NCBI GenBank assembly: GCA_001799895.1
Contig: MGUI01000015.1
Coordinates: forward strand, 20,338 to 84,337
Length of the DNA stretch: 64,000 bases
Reading direction: 5' to 3'
Source: Elusimicrobia bacterium GWD2_63_28
GTDB taxonomy: Bacteria; Elusimicrobiota; Elusimicrobia; Elusimicrobiales; UBA9959
Made by a program: the position numbers and the translations under genes. Of the stretch, positions 20,559-29,170 are shown piece by piece. The first letter of the stretch is position 1, and each line of letters opens with the position of its first letter. Below the pieces are notes generated by a model, which was not told the DNA's origin, made no database searches, and worked only from the letters and a program-made list of their open reading frames with translations.

Positions 20559-22208
20559 TTACTTAAGCATCGGGACTTTGACGCCTTTCTTTTTGGCGAA
20601 GTCCGAGGCGATCTTGTAGCCGGCGTCGGCGTGGCGCAGCACGCCCATGGCCGGGTCGTTGGTCAGCACGCGCTCCAGGCGCGAGGCCATTTCTCTCGTG
20701 CCGTCCGCCACGGTAACCTGGCCGGCGTGCAGGGAATAGCCCATGCCCACCCCGCCGCCGTGGTGGAAAGACACCCAGCTGGCGCCGGACGCGGTGTTGA
20801 TCAGCGCGTTCAGGATCGGCCAGTCGGCTATCGCGTCTGAGCCGTCCTTCATGGATTCCGTCTCGCGGTAGGGGCTCGCCACCGAGCCCGAATCCAGGTG
20901 GTCGCGTCCTATCACTACGGGCGCGGAGATCTTCCCCTTCTTCACCAGGTCGTTGATGCGCAGCCCCATCTGGTGCCGCTCGCCGTAGCCCAGCCAGCAG
21001 ATGCGCGAAGGCAGGCCCTGGAACTGCACCTTCTTCGAGGCCATGTCCATCCAGCGCCTCAGGTGCTCGTCCTTCGGGAACAGGTCCAGCACCAGTTTGT
21101 CGGTGACGGCTATGTCCTTCGGGTCGCCGGAGAGGGCCGCCCAGCGGAACGGGCCTTTGCCCTCGCAGAACAGGTCGCGGATGTAGGCCGGCACGAAGCC
21201 GGGGAAGTCGTAGGCTTTTTTCACGCCCTGCTTGAAGGCCATCGTGCGGATATTATTGCCGTAGTCGAAGGTGACGGCCCCGGCCTTCTGCAGCTTGAGC
21301 ATGGCCTCGACGTGGATGGCGATGGATTCCATCGAGAGCTTAAGGTATTTCTTCGGGTCTTTGCGACGCAGGGCGTCGGCTTCCTTCACGCTGTAGCCCC
21401 TGGGGATATAGCCCTTCAGCGGGTCGTGCGCGGAGGTCTGGTCGGTGAGCACGTCTATCTTCACGCCGCGGCGCGCCAGTTCGGGCAGCACCTCGGCGCA
21501 ATTGCCCAGCAGGCCGATGGAGAGCGGCTGGCGGGCCTTCATGGCCTTCTGCGCCAGGACCAGCGCCTCGTCGAGATCGCGGCTCATGATGTCCACGTAC
21601 CTGGTGTCCAGGCGCTTCTGTATGCGGGTTTCGTCCGCCTCTATCACTATGGCCACGCCGCCGTTCATGGTGACGGCCAGCGGCTGGGCGCCGCCCATGC
21701 CGCCCAGGCCGCCGGTGACGGTCAGCTTGCCCGTAAGGTCGCTCTTAAAATGTTTGCGGGCGCAGGCGGCGAAGGTTTCGTAGGTGCCCTGCAGTATGCC
21801 CTGCGTGCCGATATAGATCCAGGAGCCGGCCGTCATCTGGCCGTACATCATCAGGCCCTTCTTCTCCAGCTCGTCGAAGGTTTCCCAGTTGGCCCAGTTG
21901 CCCACCAAATTGGAATTGGCGATGATCACGCGCGGCGAGTATTCGTGGGTGCGCAGCACGCCCACGGGCTTGCCGCTCTGCACCAGCAGGGTTTCGTCGT
22001 TCTCCAGTTTCCGGAGCGAGGAAACGATGGCGTGGTAGCAGTCCCAGTTGCGGGCGGCCTTGCCGCGCCCGCCGTAGACCACCAGGTCTTCCGGGCGCTC
22101 GGCCACATCCGGGTCCAGGTTGTTCATCAGCATGCGCAGGGCGGCCTCCTGCTGCCATCCTCTGCAGGAAAGTTTATTGCCGCGCGCGGCCCGTATGATC
22201 TTATTCAT
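20559..22208 (-). CDS. hutU: Urocanate hydratase
   Basis: 549 aa. Canonical [50 protein letters not shown] and [13 protein letters not shown] motifs. GGAGGAGG SD. Confidence 0.95.
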   Translation of the reverse strand: MNKIIRAARGNKLSCRGWQQEAALRMLMNNLDPDVAERPEDLVVYGGRGKAARNWDCYHAIVSSLRKLENDETLLVQSGKPVGVLRTHEYSPRVIIANSNLVGNWANWETFDELEKKGLMMYGQMTAGSWIYIGTQGILQGTYETFAACARKHFKSDLTGKLTVTGGLGGMGGAQPLAVTMNGGVAIVIEADETRIQKRLDTRYVDIMSRDLDEALVLAQKAMKARQPLSIGLLGNCAEVLPELARRGVKIDVLTDQTSAHDPLKGYIPRGYSVKEADALRRKDPKKYLKLSMESIAIHVEAMLKLQKAGAVTFDYGNNIRTMAFKQGVKKAYDFPGFVPAYIRDLFCEGKGPFRWAALSGDPKDIAVTDKLVLDLFPKDEHLRRWMDMASKKVQFQGLPSRICWLGYGERHQMGLRINDLVKKGKISAPVVIGRDHLDSGSVASPYRETESMKDGSDAIADWPILNALINTASGASWVSFHHGGGVGMGYSLHAGQVTVADGTREMASRLERVLTNDPAMGVLRHADAGYKIASDFAKKKGVKVPMLK

Positions 22209-22290
22209 AGAAATAGTGTGCCTCCTCCGGAAAGACGGCTATAGTGATATTTTATGTTTTCTGCGGGCCTCGGGGAAGCCCGGCGGCGTG

Positions 22291-24048
22291 TCAGGCTGAC
22301 AATAGTTCGCGGTCAGCAAAAATATCGCTTTCGCGGGCCTTGATGTAGACCCTGATGGCGTAATTGAAATAGAGCTCACGAACAAGCTTCTGCTCCGGAG
22401 TCTTTTCAAACCTGTCCCAGCCCAGCGCCGCGTCCAGGCCGCGCTGCAGTTCCGGCAGGTTCTCAGCCGAGACCTTGTCGGCCGCCGCCAGACTGCCGTC
22501 CGTAAAAGTAAAATCGCAATAACAGTTCAGGTCGCCTTTGAAAGGTCCGGGGACGATCCCGTACTTGGGCGCGTTCTTATAAGTTTCGGCCTGCGGCAGC
22601 AGGTTGAGGCGGCCTATATGGTAGGTTACCCGGGGCAGGTCCTTGAGAGTCTCCGCTATGAACGCCGCGGTGGTCTTCGCCTCCTCCGGAGTTTCTCCCG
22701 GGAAGCCGGTGATGAAAGTGAGGTGCTGCCCCAGGCCCGCCGCGGCGGCCGCTTTTATCACCGCCCGGGTGGTCTCCGCGGGCACGGGGTCGGGGTACTT
22801 GCGCATCAGGGCCTGCACGCGCGGGACCACGGTCTCCACGCCGAAAAAGATCTCGCTGCAGCCGGCCCGCTTGATCTTATTCAAAAGCTCGTCGGGGTGC
22901 CGGGCGTCCAGCCGGCAGCGGCAGCCCCACTTGATGTCGAGGCCCTTGGCCAGCACCAGGTCCGAGAAATGGTTCAGCAAATCCGGATGCACCGCCTCGT
23001 CCTCGAAGTAAAAATATTTGTAGCCGAGCCGGGCCAGCCGCTCTATCCTGGGGAAAGTCGCGTCGATGTCGGCCTTCTCCGGCGCGGCGCCGCTCTGGTG
23101 CTTGGAATGCTGCGCGCAGAAGGCGCACTTGTTCCAGTAACAGCCCTTGCCGCTGAGGCGCAGCAGGAAGGAGGGCTCGGGCGTAAAGACATGCAGCAGG
23201 GGCGGGCAGGTTTCCCCGTCCGACGCCGGCGGCTCGCCGGTAAAGTCGGCGGCCGTCAGGAAGCCGGCAGGCCTCTTGCCCGCCGCCAGGTCGCGCAGCA
23301 GCAGCGGCATCACGCGGTCCGCCTCGTAGCTGTGCTTGATCACGGAATCTATCAGCTGGAACACGGCGCCTGTCCTGACTATGGCTTCGGCCTGCCAGTC
23401 CAGGGAAAAGTTCTCGTAGCCGGGGTCCGTGACGCAGATATATACGCCGGGATTCAGCTCCTTCAGGCATTGCGCCCAGACCAGGGCGGAAAGCAGGTCG
23501 AATTCCGACGTGACCGGGATAAAGCAGGCGTCCGGTGTGAAAGGCAGCTTTGCCGCCGCCGCCCTGTAGCTGGCGCGCAGGACAGTATCCTTGCCTGAGA
23601 AAGCCAGCATCTCCGCTGTTTCCCGGAAGCCCAACCCGTTTACGACCGGGCCGTTCTGTACGCCCACGGAGAATTCGTCCACCAGGAAATTGAAGACCCG
23701 CAGGTAGTCGGAAAAGGGCTTCAGGGCCGCGGCATAGGAGGCGGCCGAGGCGTAGGTGGCCGGGGCGCGCATAGCTTCCAGCGAGGCCCCGGCGCGGAGG
23801 GCCAGCTTTTCCAGTCCGGGGATCCCCGCGCTGGAGGACAGCTTCTCCGAAATGATCTTCGCCAGCGGCAGCTTCTCCGCCAGTATGCCGACGAAGGACG
23901 ACGAACAGAAAGCCCGCCACCACATCTCGTTGGCGTTGAAATACGCATACTCGTGCTCTTTGGAGGCGGCGGCGGCGTCCCACCATTTCCCCGGGTCGTG
24001 GACCAGGTTGGGCAGGCAGCCGGGCAGTATGGAGAAAAGTATTTTCAT
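22291..24048 (-). CDS. Radical SAM enzyme with class-B (B12-binding-like) architecture, RiPP island member
   Basis: 585 aa. Cluster motif GKGCYWNKCAFCAQH (23116-23142), followed by FYFEDEAV, IFFGVETV and other rSAM core elements. ATGA overlap with the M50 gene. GAGGAA SD. Confidence 0.75.
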   Translation of the reverse strand: MKILFSILPGCLPNLVHDPGKWWDAAAASKEHEYAYFNANEMWWRAFCSSSFVGILAEKLPLAKIISEKLSSSAGIPGLEKLALRAGASLEAMRAPATYASAASYAAALKPFSDYLRVFNFLVDEFSVGVQNGPVVNGLGFRETAEMLAFSGKDTVLRASYRAAAAKLPFTPDACFIPVTSEFDLLSALVWAQCLKELNPGVYICVTDPGYENFSLDWQAEAIVRTGAVFQLIDSVIKHSYEADRVMPLLLRDLAAGKRPAGFLTAADFTGEPPASDGETCPPLLHVFTPEPSFLLRLSGKGCYWNKCAFCAQHSKHQSGAAPEKADIDATFPRIERLARLGYKYFYFEDEAVHPDLLNHFSDLVLAKGLDIKWGCRCRLDARHPDELLNKIKRAGCSEIFFGVETVVPRVQALMRKYPDPVPAETTRAVIKAAAAAGLGQHLTFITGFPGETPEEAKTTAAFIAETLKDLPRVTYHIGRLNLLPQAETYKNAPKYGIVPGPFKGDLNCYCDFTFTDGSLAAADKVSAENLPELQRGLDAALGWDRFEKTPEQKLVRELYFNYAIRVYIKARESDIFADRELLSA

Positions 24049-25157
24049 TGTTTCCTCAGGGTGGCGTAACCTTCTTTAAAGCGGGGGATCAGGCCCTTGG
24101 CGACTATGACCAGGATATAGACGTTGATGAGCGCGCCCAGAACGCCGCCGCCGGACCAGGTCCCGGCGAAGAGAAAAGCGCCCAGGCCCTTGGCCATCAG
24201 CCAGACCACGTAGACCAGGTAAAGCGTGAACCCCAGCATGGCCAGGGAGTAGATCTTTTCGGAAAAGACCGCGTAGCGGTTGCCCTTGTAGGCGGTGACG
24301 ATATCCTTGTAGCACCAGTAGCCGTCGGTGTTAAGCAGCGGGTTCAGGTTGAAGAGCAGCAGGAAGGCCAGGTACTGCACCACCACGAAATAGGCGCCCC
24401 AGCCCGTGGCCAGGTAGGCGATGACCACGCCGGCCATGAAGAGGCTCTGCAGCGCGAGGCCAGCCAGGTTTATGGAGATCTTCGGCTTGAGCGGCAGCTC
24501 CCCGATGCCGGAGACATTGGCGTAAAAGACCGGGTACATCAGGTACAGGGAGAAACCTATGGGCCGGAAGCCGATGCCGTTGAGGTAGGCGAAGATGGAA
24601 TGCCCGGCCTCGTGCACCAGGATGCTCAGCAGTATTATCGCGAACACCGCGCCCTGCTCGCCCGCCGTGAGCGCTATCCCCCGCCCGGCGGAAAAGCCGG
24701 CGAAGGAGAAAAGCGCGGAGAGCAGCAGCCCGAGCAGGCAGCTGGCCAGCGCGAAGCGGAAAAGGGCCTCGCCGGTGAATTCCGCGTCCTTCAGGAAAAA
24801 GAAAACGCGGTCCTGCAGCTTCGAGGGGAAAAATTCCAGGGCCGGGTTCAGCAGGTATTTCAGGAGCGTCTTGTGCCAGGGGTTCTCGGAAGCCGGCACC
24901 AGGCACTTTATCTCCACCAGCTTGGCCAGTATTTTTTCCGGCTCGGGCACGCCCAGGCGGCGCAGCTCGCCGATATAGTCGGCGGGCGGCCCCTTGCGCG
25001 GCAGGCGTGAGATTATATTCTTGGTGGAGGCGCTTATCTTGAAGCAGGAATCCCCGGTGACGACCAGCCAGGAGCCGCCCCGGGGAACGGCGTAGTTATT
25101 CAGGAAAACGTTTTTCAGCGTCTCCGGCTTTTTTTCGGGCCCCGTGGTCTGGGTCAT
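24045..25157 (-). CDS. Membrane S2P/M50-type zinc metalloprotease with PqqD/RRE-like N-terminal domain
   Basis: 370 aa. HEAGH (ILVHEAGHSIFAY) plus the second S2P motif NLNPLLNTDG, with multiple TM segments. The N-terminal 95 aa (SWLVVTGDSCFKISASTKNIISRL...ADYIGELRRLGV..PEKILAKLVEIKCLV) follows the strand-strand-three-helix pattern of PqqD-like domains. Confidence 0.7.
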   Translation of the reverse strand: MTQTTGPEKKPETLKNVFLNNYAVPRGGSWLVVTGDSCFKISASTKNIISRLPRKGPPADYIGELRRLGVPEPEKILAKLVEIKCLVPASENPWHKTLLKYLLNPALEFFPSKLQDRVFFFLKDAEFTGEALFRFALASCLLGLLLSALFSFAGFSAGRGIALTAGEQGAVFAIILLSILVHEAGHSIFAYLNGIGFRPIGFSLYLMYPVFYANVSGIGELPLKPKISINLAGLALQSLFMAGVVIAYLATGWGAYFVVVQYLAFLLLFNLNPLLNTDGYWCYKDIVTAYKGNRYAVFSEKIYSLAMLGFTLYLVYVVWLMAKGLGAFLFAGTWSGGGVLGALINVYILVIVAKGLIPRFKEGYATLRKQ

Positions 25158-25164
25158 CTGGAGG

Positions 25165-26541
25165 CTAGTTGCCGGCCTTGGCCTTCTGGTTCTCCAGGTA
25201 GGAGAACCGTATGGCCTCCGCCAGGGACTCCCTGTGGTCGGCGCAGTCCGGCGCGAAGATGTCCTTGTACAAGACCCTGGCGTTATAGGCGCAGCTGCCG
25301 CCGCACAGCAGCGCGTAGGGGCAGTCCAGGCATTCTTTTATGCTGCTCACGTCGCGGGAAAGGTTCCGCTTCAGCGTATCCGTAAAGGTCACGCCGTCCT
25401 TCGTCACTTTGCCGAGCAGGTATTCCTCGCGGCCCGCCTCTACGGTGCAGCCGTAAAGCTCGCCGTTAGGGTCCAGGATGAAGGCGTTGGGCCTGTTGTG
25501 CATGCAGTGGGTGGTATGGGAAAGCCGCCGGTTCGGGGTGGCGAGGGTGTTTTTCATGTCCCAGACCCGCGAATTCAGCGGATAGCCGAACTTCGCGCTT
25601 ATCTCCCTGGCTATCGGGTGCGTGACGTCGATGTGCTGGGTAAGCTTGGTTGGGTCCGTGGCCGTATAGTCCCTGACCGGCGCCAGGTGCGGGAAGCAGC
25701 GCGGGTGCCCCACTATGTCCTGCTCTATCAGGTAATCCACCGTATCGCGCAGCGCCGCGTAGTTGTCGCCTATGACGTGCATTCGGATGGCTACGGTAGC
25801 TTTTTTGTCCAGCATCAGGTGGATGTTGGAGATGATCTTCTGGAACTTCGCGCCCTCGGAGCGCTGCAGCGAGGCGCCCTTATAGCCGCCCGCGTCGAGC
25901 GTGACCTGCACGCTGTTGATATTGCCGGGCAGCGGGCCCAGCATGTCGGCCACGCACTCTATGGTGCTGCAGTTGGAGATGGCGGAGGTCCGGATGCCGT
26001 ATTTCGCCGTGTACTCCATTATTTTGCGTATTATCGGCGCGTTGGACGGCTGGAACGGCTCCCCGCCGTAAAGCGTGATGTCCATATCGTGCGGCTTCAC
26101 TCCGGGGAAGATGGCGGAGAAATGTTTATTGAACACCAGGTCCAGCAGCTCGTCGGAGATCTTGGGGCCCCACTTGCGCGGCTTCAAATCTTTCTGGTAG
26201 CAGTACTCGCAGGAGAGGTTGCAGTCGTAGCCCAGCAGCAGCATCAGGACCGCCGAGCTCGTGACCGACTCGAGGTTCTCCTTGTGCAGCACGGCGACGC
26301 GCTTCGCGAATTCCGCCCTTTCCGTGTCGGGCGGCAGCTCCGTGACGTGGCCTCTTTTTTTAAAGAAAGCCAGCTCGTTTTCGGAGATAAAATCCAGGCT
26401 GCCGCCGTCTTTAGCCTGGCGCATTTTTTCGGCGAAATCTTTGCGGACCACGTCCACGTTCCCGGAAAAGCCGTTGAACAGCAGGACCTTGTCGTCGAGG
26501 TTTATCAGCGCCAGGTAGCGGCTAAGATAGGATTTTTTCAT
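25165..26541 (-). CDS. Radical SAM/SPASM-domain peptide maturase
   Basis: 458 aa. CNLSCEYC (CX3CX2C), and a C-terminal Cys-rich auxiliary-cluster region CMHNRPNAF..GELYGC...CLDCPYALLCGGSCAYNA...C. An N-terminal ~100 aa extension is typical of peptide-binding rSAM maturases. Confidence 0.85.
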   Translation of the reverse strand: MKKSYLSRYLALINLDDKVLLFNGFSGNVDVVRKDFAEKMRQAKDGGSLDFISENELAFFKKRGHVTELPPDTERAEFAKRVAVLHKENLESVTSSAVLMLLLGYDCNLSCEYCYQKDLKPRKWGPKISDELLDLVFNKHFSAIFPGVKPHDMDITLYGGEPFQPSNAPIIRKIMEYTAKYGIRTSAISNCSTIECVADMLGPLPGNINSVQVTLDAGGYKGASLQRSEGAKFQKIISNIHLMLDKKATVAIRMHVIGDNYAALRDTVDYLIEQDIVGHPRCFPHLAPVRDYTATDPTKLTQHIDVTHPIAREISAKFGYPLNSRVWDMKNTLATPNRRLSHTTHCMHNRPNAFILDPNGELYGCTVEAGREEYLLGKVTKDGVTFTDTLKRNLSRDVSSIKECLDCPYALLCGGSCAYNARVLYKDIFAPDCADHRESLAEAIRFSYLENQKAKAGN

Positions 26542-28195
26542 AGAATTTACCCTGTTTCACGGCCTCGGAGTATTCGTGCGCGGCCAGGAAGCGCTCTTCC
26601 GCCAGCGTCGAGAAAGCGCCGGCCGGCTTCGGCTTGAAGTAGCGGTGATATTTCCCTTCGTAGAGGTACTGGTCTTCGCCGTCCAGGTAAGCCTCGGCCT
26701 TCTGCTTTATTTCCGGCAGTTTTTTGACATGCGCCTCGTAGGCCGGGCCCGACAGCCCCAGGGCGTCGGCGAGACCGCCGCCGTTCATCCCGGCGAGCAG
26801 GCAGAACCTGAGCCCGTCGGCAACGTGCCTGGCGCGCTTCGCCGGCAGGGCTAAGGAATTCAGCGCGCCAAGCGCGAAAGAATACAGCAGTTCCCCGGCG
26901 AGCAGCTGCTTGAGCTCACCCCCCGGCCTGTCGGGAGATATAAAGATCGTCCCGTTCCCGGCGCTGAAGACCCGGGCGTTGCCCATCAGCAGGCTTACCA
27001 CCTTAAGCTTCCCTGTCCTGAAAAAGAGGCCGTTCGGGAAAGATTTCTCCACCAGGTCCCTGGCCCGGGCCGCGAGGGACTCTATTTCGGCGGGGCTTAA
27101 AGAGGCCGGCACGCCGCCGGCCTGCAATTTGAGGCGCAGTTCCTCGAACTCGGCCCCGCCCGCTTTGGAGCGGGCCAGGCCGTGGCGGGCGAAAACGGCC
27201 GCAAGCCGCGGCAGGCCGCCGGTAAGGAAGCCGGCGAAATCTGAGGCCTCGTTCACTATCGCCGCTATCTCCGCCGTCTCGTCCGCCACCTGTACGCCCT
27301 CCGGCTCCGAAGCAGCGGGGGCCGACCCGCGCGCGGCTTCAGCGAAGGCCTTTGCGGCCTTGCCCACAAAAACCGCATAGTCGTCCAGTTCGGCGGCGGG
27401 AATAGCTTCTGGCAGGAACATATTGACCCCGTTGCCGTTGGCCATGTTCGAGACGCTCAGCCAGACGGAAAGCGGGCCGGCGGCCTGCCCGCCTAGGGCG
27501 GAGAGGTCGGTGAGGAGCTTGCGGCTTTTCAGGTCAAAGAAACCGTAGCGGGCGCCCGCCCCCGGTTCCTCGAAAGAGTCCAGCTCTACCCTGGCGAGGC
27601 CGGCTTCCTCAGGTAATGGGGAGGAGGAAAGCCAGGCGCAGCAGGCCCCGCTTTTAGCCAGCTGCAAGGCCAGGGCCGCGTTGGCCAGCGAAGAGAGGTT
27701 CCAGCCGGAGATATTTTCAGGTGAGGACGAGAATTCGGCCGGGTGGCAGACCGCCGGCTCTTTAGCCGCCGCCAGGATCTTTTCTTTTTCAGCGCCGGGC
27801 AGGAAATAGAGTACGGCGCCGTCTTTGCCCGTAGAGACGTGTTCGACGGCAAGCTCGAACAGCTTCTCCCCGGTTTCCGCGGCGTAAACGCCTAACGACC
27901 GGCCGAGCAGCCCGCCGGGCTTGGGATAGCCGGAAACCGCGGCGAAGAAATATTTCCCTTCGGGCCCGCGCTTCAGCAGGCCGCCGGGGCCGGCGAGCCG
28001 GGCGCAGACGCAGACCTTGCCCGGCTTGACAACTTCCGGCGACTCCGCGCCCACGAAAACGCCCCCGCCCGGGGCGAAGAAATGCGGCATGCCCGCCAAT
28101 ATCTCCCGAAGCGGCAGAGAATGTTCCGGCTGCTTTAGCCCGGGAACGATACGGCAGGATGAAAGTTTCTTAAGAAGGTCGAGGTATTCAGTCAT
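26522..28195 (-). CDS. Hypothetical 557-aa protein of the RiPP island (no domain recognised)
   Basis: Long ORF co-directional with the island genes. Its 3' end overlaps the SPASM gene start by 20 nt. Coding-like amino-acid composition, and no motif I can name. Confidence 0.6.
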   Translation of the reverse strand: MTEYLDLLKKLSSCRIVPGLKQPEHSLPLREILAGMPHFFAPGGGVFVGAESPEVVKPGKVCVCARLAGPGGLLKRGPEGKYFFAAVSGYPKPGGLLGRSLGVYAAETGEKLFELAVEHVSTGKDGAVLYFLPGAEKEKILAAAKEPAVCHPAEFSSSPENISGWNLSSLANAALALQLAKSGACCAWLSSSPLPEEAGLARVELDSFEEPGAGARYGFFDLKSRKLLTDLSALGGQAAGPLSVWLSVSNMANGNGVNMFLPEAIPAAELDDYAVFVGKAAKAFAEAARGSAPAASEPEGVQVADETAEIAAIVNEASDFAGFLTGGLPRLAAVFARHGLARSKAGGAEFEELRLKLQAGGVPASLSPAEIESLAARARDLVEKSFPNGLFFRTGKLKVVSLLMGNARVFSAGNGTIFISPDRPGGELKQLLAGELLYSFALGALNSLALPAKRARHVADGLRFCLLAGMNGGGLADALGLSGPAYEAHVKKLPEIKQKAEAYLDGEDQYLYEGKYHRYFKPKPAGAFSTLAEERFLAAHEYSEAVKQGKFYEKILS

Positions 28196-28207
28196 AGTTT
28201 AAATTTA

Positions 28208-28239
28208 AAGTCCCCACAAAACAGGGTTTATGGGGACTT
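28208..28239 (-). terminator. Hairpin (attenuator/partial terminator) between precursor genes and maturase genes
   Basis: AAGTCCCCA (28208-16), 14-nt loop, TGGGGACTT (28231-39). On the minus-strand RNA it is followed by UUUAAAUUUAAACU and then the AUG at 28195. Confidence 0.5.
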
Positions 28240-28348
28240 GGATGAAAGACCGGTTTTTCGGCGGCGCGTCACATCTTATCGTTCATTGCCCGGCCCCTGC
28301 TATTTCTATTTTATCTTAATCACCGCGGGCAGTAAAGAAGCGCCCCTC

Positions 28349-28558
28349 TCAACCGCGCACGGCGGATGGCATGTTTCCCGGGCGCGTCTCTATTTTTTTC
28401 AGGATGCAGTCGCAGAGGGATCCGTAAACGCCGTCATTGTTCTTGCTGCCGGCCGTTAGGACGGCAGTAAAAGACAGGCGCCTGTCCAGTTCGGCCACCA
28501 GCAGGTCCTCTTCCGCCAGGAACTCCACCGATTCTATTATGTTGGATTCGCTCTTCAT
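28349..28558 (-). CDS. RiPP precursor peptide P1 (69 aa)
   Basis: MKSESNIIESVEFLAEEDLLVAELDRRLSFTAVLTAGSKNNDGVYGSLCDCILKKIETRPGNMPSAVRG. ATG 28558 with GAGGA SD, 11 nt after the P2 stop. The track N-terminal extension to 28651 is rejected because it overlaps P2. Confidence 0.85.
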   Translation of the reverse strand: MKSESNIIESVEFLAEEDLLVAELDRRLSFTAVLTAGSKNNDGVYGSLCDCILKKIETRPGNMPSAVRG

Positions 28559-28569
28559 TTGATCCTCAC

Positions 28570-28785
28570 TTATCCGCGCACAGCGGATGCCAGGTTGCCG
28601 CACGGGCGTGGCTCGAATTTCTTCAGGATGCAGTCGCAGAGGGATTCGCAATGTCCGTTATTGTTCCTGGAACAGGCCTCCAGGACTAAAGCGGAAAACG
28701 ACAGCCTCTTATCCAGCTCGGCCACCAGCAGGTCGTCAGCGGCCAGGAACTCCACCGATTCTATTATGTTTGATTCTTTGCTCAT
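28570..28785 (-). CDS. RiPP precursor peptide P2 (71 aa)
   Basis: MSKESNIIESVEFLAADDLLVAELDKRLSFSALVLEACSRNNNGHCESLCDCILKKFEPRPCGNLASAVRG. ATG 28785 preceded by AAGGGGGA. Confidence 0.85.
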   Translation of the reverse strand: MSKESNIIESVEFLAADDLLVAELDKRLSFSALVLEACSRNNNGHCESLCDCILKKFEPRPCGNLASAVRG

Positions 28786-28814
28786 ATTTCCCCCTTCTGC
28801 GCTCTTCATGACTA

Positions 28815-28837
28815 ATACGGAACAATTTTAATGCCAG
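28815..28837 (-). promoter_or_regulatory. Conserved 23-nt upstream element, copy 1 (sigma54-like -24/-12 spacing)
   Basis: Minus strand reads CTGGCATTAAAATTGTTCCGTAT. It is identical to the copy at 29383-29405 while the flanks differ. It reads TGGCAT-N5-TTGT against the sigma54 consensus TGGCAC-N5-TTGC. Lies ~37 nt upstream of the P2 ATG. Confidence 0.45.
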
Positions 28838-28890
28838 AGATATTCGCGTGCCGCTCTGCTATTATCTCCGCCTGGCCATGACGCCACTTA

Positions 28891-28924
28891 TTTTCACATG
28901 AAAATGTATATTTTCATATGAAGA
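28891..28924. promoter_or_regulatory. Two phased palindromic boxes upstream of the P2-P1 element (candidate regulator/activator binding site)
   Basis: TTTTCACATGAAAA (28891-28904) and TTTTCATATGAAGA (28911-28924, core TTCATATGAA). Their starts are 20 bp apart, and they lie 55-90 bp upstream of the 23-nt element. Confidence 0.4.
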
Positions 28925-28949
28925 TATTTCAGGCGCCGGGGCGTTAAAC

Positions 28950-29159
28950 TCAACCCCTTACGGCGCTGACGCCGCTGGCCTGGTTCGCGCAGTCAAATGA
29001 CTTAGCGAAGCAACCGCAGATGCCGCCACCGAAGCCGGTGCAGCTCTTGCCCGTATCCCCCAGAGCCGTAAAGGAAAGGCGCTTGTCCAGCTCGGCCACC
29101 AGCAGGTCGTCCGCGGCCAGGAACTCCACGGATTCGATTATGTTCGTTTCGTTCTTCAT
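28950..29159 (-). CDS. RiPP precursor peptide P3 (69 aa)
   Basis: MKNETNIIESVEFLAADDLLVAELDKRLSFTALGDTGKSCTGFGGGICGCFAKSFDCANQASGVSAVRG. AAGGAA SD, 11 nt after the P4 stop. Confidence 0.85.
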   Translation of the reverse strand: MKNETNIIESVEFLAADDLLVAELDKRLSFTALGDTGKSCTGFGGGICGCFAKSFDCANQASGVSAVRG

Positions 29160-29170
29160 AACATTTCCTT

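Noticed and set aside
28576-28590. A second sigma54-like string TGGCATCCGCTGTGC inside the 3' end of P2, upstream of P1.
   Set aside because: It is the coding sequence for LASAVR and is not conserved at the DNA level in the other three tails. P1 is only 11 nt downstream of P2 and is probably co-translated. Treated as coincidence.
28559-28651. Upstream extensions of precursors P1 (to 28651) and P2 (to 28809) given in the ORF track.
   Set aside because: The P1 extension overlaps the P2 coding region. Alignment of the four peptides and the SD positions (GAGGA, AAGGGGGA) place the starts at 28558 and 28785.
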